In this document: piece after piece, positions 47,962 through 59,772 of the stretch
How the letters are laid out: every line of letters begins with the position of its first letter
Position numbering within the stretch: the stretch's first letter is position 1
Origin: Basidiobolus meristosporus CBS 931.73
Lineage: Eukaryota; Fungi; Basidiobolomycota
DNA: 64,000 nucleotides
Reading direction: 5' to 3'
Assembly (NCBI GenBank): GCA_002104905.1
Contig: MCFE01000008.1
Location: forward strand, 124,001 to 188,000
Program-made: the position numbers and the translations under genes
Notes under the pieces: model-generated
What the model was told of the DNA's origin: nothing
Databases searched by the model: none
Seen by the model: only the letters and a program-made list of their open reading frames with translations

Positions 47962-50214
47962 ATGACACATCCAACCTGGAATTCAAGGCTACGTATTATA
48001 GCTAATCCCAGTCTAAATGACGGCGACAAGCTGATCCTGCCTCCCTCCAGTCTAGAAAGTTTGATGAATCAGTTGCATTCAAATCAAACCACACCAAACC
48101 CCTCAACCCAACATACATCCCCATTTACGTTTCGCCTCCTGAACGAAAAGAAGAAAATCATTACCCACGCGGGTGTGCGTGAATTTACAGCTGAGGAGGG
48201 AACTGTGGAATTGCCTGAATGGCTGGCTTCGTCACTCGACATGAAAGATGGAGAGGGCGTTATCATAACCGCTCAAAGCCTACCCAAGGGAACTTGGGGG
48301 CGTATGCGACCATTAACTCAAGGCTACAAAAAGATCCCTGACTTCCGGTACGTAGAAGGAATAGGCGACCGTTCGCCACTTAGGGACTGCCTTTTACTCA
48401 CTAACAACCCTTCTATTTAGGTCTGCTTTTGAGGCGAATTTCCGTGCGAAATTCACCACCTTAACAGCTGGTGAAGTCATCAGCATCAAGTATGGTGCCC
48501 AGTTGTACCAGTTTCTGATCGAGGCGTTAAAGCCCGCGGATGCGGTGGATATCGTGGATACCGATCTAGAATTGGAGATCTTGCCAATGAATGAGGATGG
48601 GATATCCATTGATTCTGGAACTATACCAAAAACCCAGCCTGGTGATTCAGGCCGTGAACTAACCATTGGTGGTAAGGCTGCGGGACAAATTAATCATGGG
48701 GAGCACCAATACTGGAAAATCAGAGCGCATCCTTCATCTGGAGTTCACTTTCGACTAAGTATATTCAAAGGGGACGCAGGTAAGCTTAGGGAACAGTGGG
48801 ATGCAATGTGCTTCGATACTGACTCCTCTGTGTAGATTTGATGATCTCCAATTCCCATGAAAACCCAACATTGTTGGACCATGTTTGGGGGAATTTCGAT
48901 CTCGGCTCCAAGTCAGTTTCTATCCAGACGCAGGATCCAAATTACGTGAACGATGGTTTCTATTACGTCGGAATACACGGTTACAGCGAGGAGACATGCA
49001 CTTTCGAACTTTCGGTTGATGACCGCATCGAGGAGATGTCCAGCGGAGATCAAATGCTTGTAGATGATTCCGAGTCGCCGTACAAAAACGCCGAGGGCTA
49101 TGTCCCCTGTGACAACTGCGGAAGTTGGGTGTCAGAAAGATCCATTGAGCTCCACAGGAATTTTTGCGAACGGAACAACAGGAAATGCGGGGTTTGTGGT
49201 AAGCTGCTCAAGCGAGGTGAGGAGGAAGCCAGACATTGGCATTGTGAATTGTGCAACCAGGTAGAGTGTTTGCTTCATTTGCTGTGAACTTGATCAACAT
49301 ACTCATAGCCTGTTTAGGCGGGTGACCTTGCGCAGAAAGAGAAGCACATGTACGCTCATCACACCACTCGCCAATGTACCTGCGGCGAGGAATTTCAATC
49401 GGTGCACTCCTTGATTCGACACAAAATGAACCACTGCCCAAACAGACTGATTGTTTGCCGTTACTGCCATAACCTAGTGCCATACATCGGATTATCAGAA
49501 AAAGCGAGTGATCGACTGCTTGGACTTACGGAGCACGAATCCTATTGCGGTGATAGAACGATTTCTTGTGCGAAATGCGGGGCCTCGGTGTCTCTCAAGA
49601 ATGTCCAAGTCCACAGTAAATTGCACACCTACATGAAACAAAACCAGAAGCCACCGTTCATTCTATGCTCTAACGAGAATTGCGTACGCCCCAGAGCAGG
49701 CTCCGAGAACGGGCATCCAGGCGGGGTGAGTGGGAACTTGCTCAAATTGTGCCAGATTTGCTTCGGACCATTTTGGACGCCCGCTGAAGATCTGGGAAAT
49801 AAGAAGTTGATGGAGCGTGTGGTGCGGAAGTATCATACACAGTTAACTCAAGGATGCGGCAATCCCTGGTGTCATAACAAGGTAACACCTCTCCTTGTCT
49901 TACCTTGGTTTCCTTTTGGTAACATTCACTTCTGGGTATAGTTCTGCGCCACTGCAACAGGAAAGAAGCTGGACCCTAACGAGGCCGTTGCCACACTGAT
50001 ACCATTGATCCCAAAAAACATCGCCGACGAAAATCGGTACCACTTTTGCGTAGACGAGAGCACGAGTAGGAGAAGGTTCATGCTCGACATCATGTTGGAT
50101 TCGCCAGAAGGAAAGGCCTACCAAGCCGAATTCATAGTGAAAGCATTACAGGAGACGGACGAAGATCTAGAAGCAGCCAAACGGTGGTTGCTGGAGCACG
50201 CACCCCGCATGTAG
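47962..50214 (+). CDS. UFD1-domain protein fused to TRAF/TRAFD1-like zinc fingers, multi-exon
   Basis: GDKLILPPSSL, THAGVREFTAEEG and LKPADAVDIVDTDLELEI, plus repeated CxxC...H...C fingers. Confidence 0.78.
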
Positions 50215-50423
50215 TCTATGTAAATTAACTCGACAAATTTATTGACGTTCCCTATTCATAATTACTACCCTTGCTATAAAGAAGACAAATAACAACGACA
50301 TTTACACAAGAAATACGAAAACGAAAACGAAAACGATACGGAGCCCGGAAAAAAGCATTAGAAACATTTGTACATCTCATCACGTCTCCATCATTGTACA
50401 AGATCGGATTCGGTGTCTGGGCA

Positions 50424-53212
50424 TCATTCCTGGATTCTGCTGGTCGAATCGTCGGACATTAGGCTCAAAAAGGAGGTTCTACTGGTGAGGGTATTCATGA
50501 AATTTTGTACAAGTACACTATGACTTTCGAGTTCGTCGGCGGACTTCCACACACTTAGGAACTTCACCTTGTACTCGACCTCTCCGTTACGTATGCGTGC
50601 TCCCACTATCTTCCCTGAGAGCGGGACGGTTGGAGAGGCTTGCGCCGAGGGCGGGGCTCTACGTTCAGTACCGGGGGTGGTGGAATCCGCTCCGGTGAAA
50701 GCGACTGGATTGGCTGGGCTGCTTGGAATGGGCGGCTGTACAGGTCGCTTTGGTGTCGAGGAATGATTAGGCGACTGAATAAGGCGTGAGTGAGATACAT
50801 CACCCGCGCCAGAAATCTTCGCGGCAGATACGGTTGAGATGTTCAGGGATGAGTAGCCGGAAACCTCGAGATTGGGCGTGATGGTATCAATAAAGTCTGA
50901 ACTCTCGTAATCAGAACCTTCGTTTGTTTCATCTATCAAATCCGGCAACGAGGGGATCTCGGATTCGCAGCGGTCGGCCCGAGGGTAATGGCCGTTACTT
51001 GAGAGTGGGTTAGGGGTATTCGAAGGAAGCGTCAAGTGAGGCTGCTTGAAAGATTCATGGTATGTATTCAGTAAATCTACAGAGGTAAGTGGTAATTGGC
51101 GGGAAGCACCAACTGGAGCCAAATAGGTGGCCCTGGCGATCTTGGGTAAATCATGGGTAGCGCGTCGTACAGGCGAATACTGGGTCGTCTTGAAGGAATC
51201 ACCCGAGCGGCTGTCAAATCGGGAGACGGAGTCTCGAATTGGCGTGTTGCTCACTGATCTTGATTGAAGGTTGGTCGGAGGGCCCTCGCAGATGGGAGAT
51301 AGGCGAGATGACCTCGCAGCATTAACGTGGGCACTATCCACTGCATATTCGATATCAGTTTCTTGGTCATTCGAAACCGAACCGGTAATCTGGCTGTCCT
51401 TACGGGCTAATGTGGCTGCATGTGTTAAGTCTGACATGGTTGGACGAAGGCTGGTATCGATATCTTCCTGGGACGATGAGGCCGACACATTCTTCGCTAT
51501 TCTCTCTACTGGGGAATATCTGGTGCGCTTGCTGACAGGAGAATATTGGGTTACTTGGTTTGCGTGTTTTGTAGGCAACTTCACATGGAGGCTATTCAAG
51601 GGAACCGTCTTCATGGGGGTATGCTGAAGCTGCTTTCCATTCGGGTCGGGGGTTGGGAGCTTCGGGTCATCACTCTGCTGCGCCACGAAGGGGGCTCCTC
51701 CAGGAACGACCTTCTTCACAGGAGAATACCGGAGAGCATCGCTGGCGCCTCTTACCAACCAAGGGCTCCTAGGAATGGATTCTATACTGGGCATCTTTTT
51801 CGGGCGATGATTTCGGATTGGGACATGGCGTAGTGAGCTAGAACTAACGCTGAACGAGGTGTTGCAGAGCTGGGGACTGGCGGGTGCCGCGTGGCAATGG
51901 CTCAACCCTATGCCCGGTAATGGTGTGCTAAACATGATATCCGCATTGCTGTTGAATTCATCCCACTTGAATCGGTTTGGTGATGTGCTGCTGAGACCAG
52001 CATCGAAGGTGGATTCCAACGCGTCGGGCCTTTCGTCACTGGACTCCATCAGGTCGCTAGAAGCTCCATTGTTTTGCATCTCTTCAGTGTCAGATTGGCC
52101 GGAGAGCTGGTTGATCGAGTCCAGGAACTCTCGGGATTCGCCCCGGACCAATTCCGAACACATTTCAAGACGTCTATTTCTGGCGATCAACCGGGAGGTT
52201 TGGTGGGCAATCCGCGGTGCGTACCCCAACCTCTCGTAAGATTCGGGGAAAGCGACACGAAACCTTCGAAATAAACTCGGTTAGAGAGAGTCCAAGGAAG
52301 TTTCATCGGTTCCCATTGTACCTGTCTCGAACATCCATGCTGAGGCGATCGCATAGCTTCAGCTCGGGATCCTTGACTATTTTGCTCCAAGAGCATCCGT
52401 ATTTTTCAACCCCCAACAGCAAGTTGTAGTCATCCTCTATGGTGAACTTCTTCCGCGGCCTGCGATGGATACGCCGGAAGCTTGAGCGAGGGGTGGAGCG
52501 AGAGGATCCGCCTCTTGTTGAATATAGGAATTGATATTGTTGGGGAAACACCGTTCTAAACCTGTGGACTACGGATTAATGCGACTATCCAGGGGTAATC
52601 TCGGCGCTTGAACTTCACTCACCTATCTTTCAAATCTACAGCTGTACGTCCAGGAAGGGGGTACTTTGGGTCTTTCAAGATCTTGTTCCATGCCCCAACA
52701 CCGTACTGTATTCAATAGAGGTTTCCCGCCGATTAGTAAAGACTTGACGGGGTGGGTAACATGAACGCAAATCGATATACCTCGTGGCAGCCTTGTACCA
52801 ACAGTTCGGTTTCTTCTGCAGTCCACCTGCTTCTAGACGGCTTCTCCAAGGCCTCCTGGGAGTCCAAGAGCTCCATAGAATCACAGGCTTCGAACCGTTT
52901 TGTCGAGTTGGATTCAGCAACAAGGCTTGAACCAGCTCGGGGGGATTCGTTTGTTTGGCGAGCTTCAAGGCGTGAGGAGGGGTCGAACAGTCGCCTCTTC
53001 GGATACGTGTCGCTCGAGTTTCTATCGAGCCTCTCAACCATACGTGGATATGATGTATTACACTTTGAGGGGAATCTCTGTGGGAATGAGGAAGCAAAAA
53101 CAAGAAGCCCTTGGCACACTCCGATCCCTATATACCACTCCAGGCGACCAGATTCGCTGCCGCAGCCAGGATCAGGCTTTCTGTGACCGTGAGTGTCACT
53201 TTGAACCATCAT
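50424..53212 (-). CDS. Double Myb/telobox DNA-binding protein (Tay1/Teb1-like) with C-terminal chromo-like segment; 4 exons inferred, start uncertain
   Basis: Spliced RWTAEETELLVQGCHEYGVGAWNKILKDP...RTAVDLKDRFRT and KFTIEDDYNLLLGVEKYGCSWSKI..DP.L....R..MDVRDRFR. Confidence 0.82.
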
Positions 53213-53681
53213 TGATTTCACACTAATGAGCTCCCTAATATGGAAGGCAGCTTGGTTTATTTACACTCAGTTGTCACTCTACATCAAGCCATGGCTCTGA
53301 TGAACCAATCAAGAAGGTGCTACAAAGAAGCAGTGTATCTTGAATTATTTTATTGAAGGGGCTGGGTCATTGCCATCCTATGAGAACCCGACTTCCTGCC
53401 TTGCATGATGAACTCTCTTGACCAGATGTGCAGAATCAACCACTCCTACTTCAGGAAGAATGCTGATCTTTGGCATGGTCTCAGTATAAATACTGGGCTG
53501 GGGTGGGGGTGGAGGGTGGAGGGTGTGATTTAGCGCATGTTTATTGAACAATCAAATGGTTAAGAGATTTTAAGGGGGGTCGTCCGAAATCGGCCATGAC
53601 CGTACGTCACCGTGCAATGGATGCATACCAATAAAACGAATCCCTCCTTTCATTAAACCCTACTTCAAAGATACGTTAAAC

Positions 53682-55487
53682 ATGAAGTTGTGTTCATTCT
53701 CCATATTCGTTATCACCTTGGCGCTGACTCAAGGTGAGCCCGCGGGGTACCTGGAGTCGTTCCAGGTGCGCGGGCTTCGCAGCGAAAGGGAATGCCACGT
53801 TCTAGGCGAAGGTCCTGCGCAGCATTTACGTCTCGATAGGGTGGTGCTGACGGAACGAGCCAGAAGCCATGATTCCCACTCTGGACCACCACAGGGATCT
53901 ACCGAAAAGTACTTTGAGCTTACGGGGAATAGCGAAGGGCAGGTTCGTGAAGCACTGAACAAGATGTGCCCGAACTTACTTCACTCCGCAGAAATCCTTA
54001 AAAAGCCAGCGCTGCGAAAGGGGGACGAGCTCATACCAATTATCGAGAGCGGCGCACCTTCCAACAGGATTGACGTTGTTTTCATGGGGGATGGGTACAC
54101 AAGAGAGGAAAGAGACAAGTTTATCGGTGACATCAAAAGGTTGTCCAATGATATGTTCACTGGTCACACGTTCGCCTCATATTTGCCACTGTTCAATATC
54201 TGGGGATTCTTTCGTGCCTCGGAAGAGTCTGGCATTGGAGCAAATGGCGTTCCTAAGAAAACCACCTTTGGCTTGTATCGTGACGGCACTGAGCTACGCG
54301 GTATATATCCATCGAAGCCTAAAATAGCCAGAGAGGTGTGCGAGGCCTTGAAGCCGTACCAATGTGACTACCCTAGCTTGATCGGAAATGACGACTTCTA
54401 TGGCGGGCTGGGCGGCGAGTTTGTCATCTCCACGCGCTCAGAGACCTCGGGCACGATCGTCTTGAGACACGAGATGGGCCATAACTTTGTCAAAGTAGGC
54501 GAGGAGTACGACGGCGGATACGTGTACGATGGTGTTAACTCAGCCCCAAGTATAGATGCCATCGGTTGGAAGCACTGGGTAACGGGCCCCCTCAGAGAGC
54601 AGCGCAACGCTTTGAGAGTCCAAGATTACTCCTGGTATGACCTTGCGAAGGGGCCCTACAACATCACCTTCGATTCAGACGGAAAATATCACAGGTGGTA
54701 TATGCAATTGTCCGTATCAGGTGCCGAAATCCCAAATTCTTTCGCGGTCTCCCTGGATGGCGAGTCGCTATCTTGGAAAACCAGCGGGATCAGTGACCGC
54801 TCATTTTACTCCTGGTTCATTGAGCGGAAATTGGCCCCAGGGCGTCACACCCTTACCTTCACCGCGCCTATCCCAGCCTCCCCGCAGGGACCCATACGCC
54901 AGCTCTGCTCAGTAACCTTACACGAGTACGGGAATGAGTACCAGTACCATTGGGACAATCGGTACATCAATGCATACCCCACGTTCGACATACGCGGACG
55001 CAAGCATTATCGACCCACCAACGAATTTTGTCTGATGCGCAACATGTCCTCGGAAGACTTTTGCTCGCCCTGTCAGGAGGGCTTATGGCAAAGCTTCTTG
55101 TCTCGAGTCTCCTTCATCGACGAATTGAAGGTCAACCCAGAGTATCACCCAGCTAGCCGCGAGAAACCCAAGCGCTTCCGATTCACCCTGTCTCCCATCA
55201 AGCTAGCCCAATTCCGTCAGCACAAGATCAAAGGGGAGAAATACACCCTGAACTGGTACAAGAACGGGAAGCTGGTGAAGCGACTAAAGAACAAATACCA
55301 CTTCTCCTTGAAACGAAAGAAGGCAGTGGGTACCTGGACGGCCGAACTCACTTTCCAAACCAAGGAGGTTCGAAAGGACGACGACGGCCTGTTGACTTCC
55401 AAGAAATCCGTGGAGGTAACCGCCGACTCCCCCTTCTTGGACATGACTCAAATGGCCAACGATGAACTTGACTGGGAGTCGATGTGA
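53682..55487 (+). CDS. Secreted M64 metallopeptidase, paralog 2, intronless
   Basis: Signal peptide; IDVVFMGDGY, HEMGHNFVKVGEEY and CLMR. Colinear with paralog 1. Confidence 0.88.
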   Translation: MKLCSFSIFVITLALTQGEPAGYLESFQVRGLRSERECHVLGEGPAQHLRLDRVVLTERARSHDSHSGPPQGSTEKYFELTGNSEGQVREALNKMCPNLLHSAEILKKPALRKGDELIPIIESGAPSNRIDVVFMGDGYTREERDKFIGDIKRLSNDMFTGHTFASYLPLFNIWGFFRASEESGIGANGVPKKTTFGLYRDGTELRGIYPSKPKIAREVCEALKPYQCDYPSLIGNDDFYGGLGGEFVISTRSETSGTIVLRHEMGHNFVKVGEEYDGGYVYDGVNSAPSIDAIGWKHWVTGPLREQRNALRVQDYSWYDLAKGPYNITFDSDGKYHRWYMQLSVSGAEIPNSFAVSLDGESLSWKTSGISDRSFYSWFIERKLAPGRHTLTFTAPIPASPQGPIRQLCSVTLHEYGNEYQYHWDNRYINAYPTFDIRGRKHYRPTNEFCLMRNMSSEDFCSPCQEGLWQSFLSRVSFIDELKVNPEYHPASREKPKRFRFTLSPIKLAQFRQHKIKGEKYTLNWYKNGKLVKRLKNKYHFSLKRKKAVGTWTAELTFQTKEVRKDDDGLLTSKKSVEVTADSPFLDMTQMANDELDWESM

Positions 55488-55616
55488 ACAACCTCGGCTG
55501 TTGTTGGCATGCACCTCAATTCGAAATATTCTGAAAACTATTCGTTCCAAATAAAATCAGGGCAGAATTCGAAGCTATCGGACTCTGAATATTTTTATTA
55601 ATCGAAAATCAATAGC

Positions 55617-56439
55617 TTAGTTCATTTGTCTGATCAAAGCGTTGATCTTGTCCTCACGGTCACCAGCATCACCACCCTCGATGAAGTGGACAGCCTTCTT
55701 ACCGGACCAACCACCAGTGGGGTTGGAGAGCTTGAAAGGCCACAAGAAGTTGTTGACTTGCTTGAAGTGAGGACCACAGGTGTAGATCTCGTGGATGATG
55801 TCCTCCATGCAGACAAGACCGTACTTGCCAAGGTTGGCCTCGACGATGGCGTTGTCAGTAAGGGCAATGCGTTGTCTGTTGACCTTGCCGTATCCGCGCT
55901 TGTAGATCAATTCGCGGACGGACTTAAGGTTGGGGGTACCGAAGGAGATGTAAGGGGAAACAATTTGGAGCATTTCCTTGGTGGCCTTGGTCAAACGGAT
56001 GAAGACACCGTTGTTGATTTGGAGGAGACGCAACAATTGGAGGATCTTACGGGGCTTGGGGGCGATCTTCATGATACCCTTGTTACGGATAACGAAAGCA
56101 ACCTTAGCTTGAGCGGGGATGTAGAAGTTACCGTTGACCTTAGCTTGACGCTTAAGGGCAACCTCCCTCTTCTCAGCCTGTTGGTACTCACGAGCGTAAG
56201 CGGCAGCCTTCTTGAAGACGACTTGACGCTTTTGTCTTTGGGCCTTACGCTTCTCGGCGGCAGAGACAACCTTGGCAGCGGCAGCCTTCTCGACGGCCTT
56301 TTGCTTCTTGAGAAGAGATTCGGGAACAAGGATTTGTTCGACGGTGGCGGTAGTACTACGTTGGATAGATGGATTGGTTAATACCGCGATCACTACTATT
56401 CAGAGACACCAATCCATTGAATACTTACGTTCCAGTCAT
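55617..56439 (-). CDS. RPL7: 60S ribosomal protein L7 (uL30); short first exon MTG(T) then one intron
   Basis: [36 protein letters not shown] and [12 protein letters not shown] at 56439 is followed by a GTAAGT donor. Confidence 0.97.
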
Positions 56440-56910
56440 CTTAGACTTGTCCGATGCCTAGCAAATGCGAAGGATTTAGGGAAGAGAGCGTATCCAGCAA
56501 CATCATCACTACAATTTATTCAAAGATCGAGCGCACTTTTTTTTCTCTGGGACTCCGATTTGGTAGTCCCTTTTTTTTCTGGTCCCCTTTTTCCCCTCGA
56601 TTCACCCAATCAATCTCGGCGGTGGGAAGACCCTGTTGTTGGTCTCGGACAACCCTCGACCTTCCTCACGAACATTTCGGGGGATGCCCGTCGTCTTTGC
56701 CCCGAGTGTGTCCCCCCGTGCGTACGTGGGCGGGGATTAGGAAAAGATGCGTAAACGAACGGGATTATTGGACTACAAATCAAAATGAAAAACTTTATAT
56801 GTTTGATGAACAGAAGGGTGATTACTAGAACTAGAGAAAAGATAGCGAGTTATTCCTTTTAATTGCATGGCCGTATATGTATATGAATTTAAATATGTCC
56901 TCTATTTACA

Positions 56911-57732
56911 CTACTGTGAATCCTGGTCGCCCATAAAGCTCATATTACGCAAGAAATCCATATTGCTAAACGAGTCCACGTCCAAATCCTCACCTAGACC
57001 AAGGTTTTCGCCTTCCATATTGTTGAAGAAACTTGAAAAATCCTCATCCATGATAAACTGATCAATATCAATCGGGTTGGATGTAGCAGAGGAGTCATTA
57101 GCACCGCTGGTAGGAGTGGGTGCCGTCGATGGATTGGAGATATTAGTGGCCGCAGGGGTATTGGGCATAGAGGCGGCCTACAACAAACAAACCGTTAAGC
57201 AATAAACATCGGTACAATGTAAGCATTCCAACATACTTGGGGTTCCGATGGTTTCTGCGCTTCAGAATTTGAGATCTGGGGGCTAGAGTGGGCACTCTTA
57301 GATTGCTGTGGTTCCTTGGTTTGTGGAGGTTGCTGGGCTGGGGATGGCTTGTGCAACGCTTTTGGAGAAGGAGTGACAGTCTTTAGTGCTTTTGATACCT
57401 TGGGACTCTTTATGGGCGAGCCCTTCGCTGGAGTTGGCTCTGCAGAGGGAGGGCCAGGGTTGGGACCAGCAGACGTAGCTGAAGAATTGCCGCTAGGATT
57501 TGTTTGATTAGAGTTGGTCATAGGTCCATTATTCACTACCGGGTTTGGAGGGCGTGGTGCAGCTGAGACAGCACCTGGTTTGGGTTGGCTATTTGCCTGG
57601 GCTGGGGAGGAGGTAGATGCAGGGTTATGAGGTGATCCGGCTATAGGTTGTTGCTGAATTTGGGGTGGACGCGGCTGACCAGCTGCTTGAGGCTGCGTCG
57701 AGTTGTGTTGCTGCTGTTGTTGCTGCTGCTGT

Positions 57733-57764
<32 letters not shown>

Positions 57765-59772
57765 TTGTTGTTGCTGTTGTTGCTGTTGCTGTTGTTGCAT
57801 CAACTGCTGCTGGTTGAGAGCCTGAGCTTGTTGCATTTTCTGTTGTTGCATTTTCAAGAATTGTTGTTGCATCATCATGTGTGTCATATTTCCTACATTT
57901 CCTCCAAGCATTGCGGCATTCTGTGGACTCATTCCACCAGCACCACTAGCTTGCGGCCCATTCTGCCCACCCATCATCATTCGGTTCTGCTGTTGCTGCA
58001 TCAGCATGCTCCGTTGTTGCAGAAATTGTATTTGCTACACAAGTAAACATAAAACGTCAGTTTGATCATTACTAAATTCAAGTGGCCATCTCTTTCTATA
58101 CCTGTGGTGTTAGATTCTGCTGCCATCCTTTTCCCAGTAACTGTGCTTGGGCTTGTCCTGGACTCTGCCCCGCGTTGTTACCTACAATCACCAAATACTA
58201 CTAAGCATCCAATTACGATTATGTATGCTTACAAAATCTCAATTCATACCCATAAATTGCCCCATGTTCATATTCGGCGCACCACTTGTGGCTGGGTTGG
58301 CGTTAGCACCCATTCCTTGTCCGGGGCTTTGTCCCATCGCAGGAGAGAATCCGGCCATTGAAGTGGGCCCCATTGAGTTGGGTCGTGGCCTTTTTGCATC
58401 TGGTGGTGATCCTGTCTGGTTCATTGAGGATGCAAGTGCGTTGTTCTACTCACTTCTAGTTAGTGAACTTGGCCCTTACTTCTGTAGGTAACCTGACAAG
58501 CTTACCATCATTCCAGGCTGCCCTTGTTGTTGCTGTTGCTGTTGCTGCTGCTGTTGTTGTTGTTGCTGCTGCATTACCATTTGAGCATTCTTTGCTTGTG
58601 CCATTTGAGCAGGTGTCATCCCGCCCATTCCTGGCATTCCTTGAATGTTTCTATTTGTAAAGATCTGTTAGCTGTAAAGCCTTTGCCGCTAGGTTTGAAC
58701 ACCGACGCTTACCCCACTGGTCTTTGCATTTGTGCGGCGATCTGGTGTTGAATTTCGGGCCTTTTCATGACTGATAGAATCGCTTGCTATAAACAAAGAA
58801 ATTGGCATTAATTTTTGCTGACGCTGACATGTCTCATCACCTACACCGCCAAATCATATTACCTTCTCATTGTTGTTAAGGGTACTAGGGTCTCGTCCTG
58901 CTAACCCGAGTGTCTGCATAATTTGTTGTACAATCGCTGGGTTCACTCCGGTTCTTATTCCTGCCCCGCCTGGCGGCATTTGAGGACCCTGCCCTGGAAT
59001 CCCTTGCCCCGGCCCTTGGCGGTGAATTCCGTTATTCTCTCCTATTCCCATCGCGTTACCTGGTAGCTGCGCATTTGTCTGGGGCGGTGAAAATGCATTT
59101 GCCACTCCAGGGACATTTATGCTTGGGTTGGACTGGGCCGAGTTATTGATAACGGGAGAGTTGGGCTTTGCCGAATGTATTGAGGGGAATCTAGGTTAGA
59201 AAGCTGATGACATCGTTGGAACAATGAGGTTCACCTACCTGAGATGTGTTTGGTTGCTGGCTCTGATTAGCAGCAGATAGATTTTGACCGGGTTGCTGTA
59301 CTGATTGTCCCATAGGCTTTTGAATTGGTGGCTGACCAAATTGAATTCGCTGTGCCTTCAAGTTTTGCGCCTATTGTGGAGCATATTGTGTTATTATCAC
59401 GCTGCGAGTAGGCCTTTGCGTTAAGGATGATAATAAGAAGGTTGACTTACCTCGACAAAAGATTGCGCATCTTTGCTACCGGTTTTGTTTGTCCTGGCTG
59501 AGAAGATATCCCAAAACACTACCCACCATTCGTATAAGAAGCCATTGGGGGAGTCTATGGGGACCTGTGAATCACGAGCCACTTGTGCATCGTTCATAAA
59601 AGCCTGGGCTGCACTAGTCCAATTGCGCTTAACGCAATAGTCGTAAATGTAAATATTTAACCTGTTAGGGGATGAAAACGCGTCAGAACACTTATAGTCA
59701 AAGTAAAGAGACCGCTAGAAGGCTCTACATTTTATCTCCTTCCCAGGCGTTTTTGACGGGTGGTTGCGCCAT
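56911..59772 (-). CDS. FLO8: LisH-domain Q-rich transcriptional regulator (Flo8/Som1/SSDP-like), multi-exon
   Basis: Spliced N-terminus WEGDKMLNIYIYDYCVKRNW...A.AF...IDSPNGFLYEWWVVFWDIFSA, with poly-Q tracts. Confidence 0.82.
57708..57797 (-). repeat. CAA/CAG trinucleotide repeat encoding 30 Gln (second tract of 16 Gln at 58524-58571)
   Basis: Read directly from the sequence. Confidence 0.95.

Noticed and set aside
53233-53238. Single TTAGGG (minus strand) just upstream of the telobox gene, as possible autoregulation
   Set aside because: One hexamer is expected by chance every few kb, and there is no array.
55626-56381. 251-aa antisense ORF over RPL7
   Set aside because: Same shadow-ORF effect as for ATP1.
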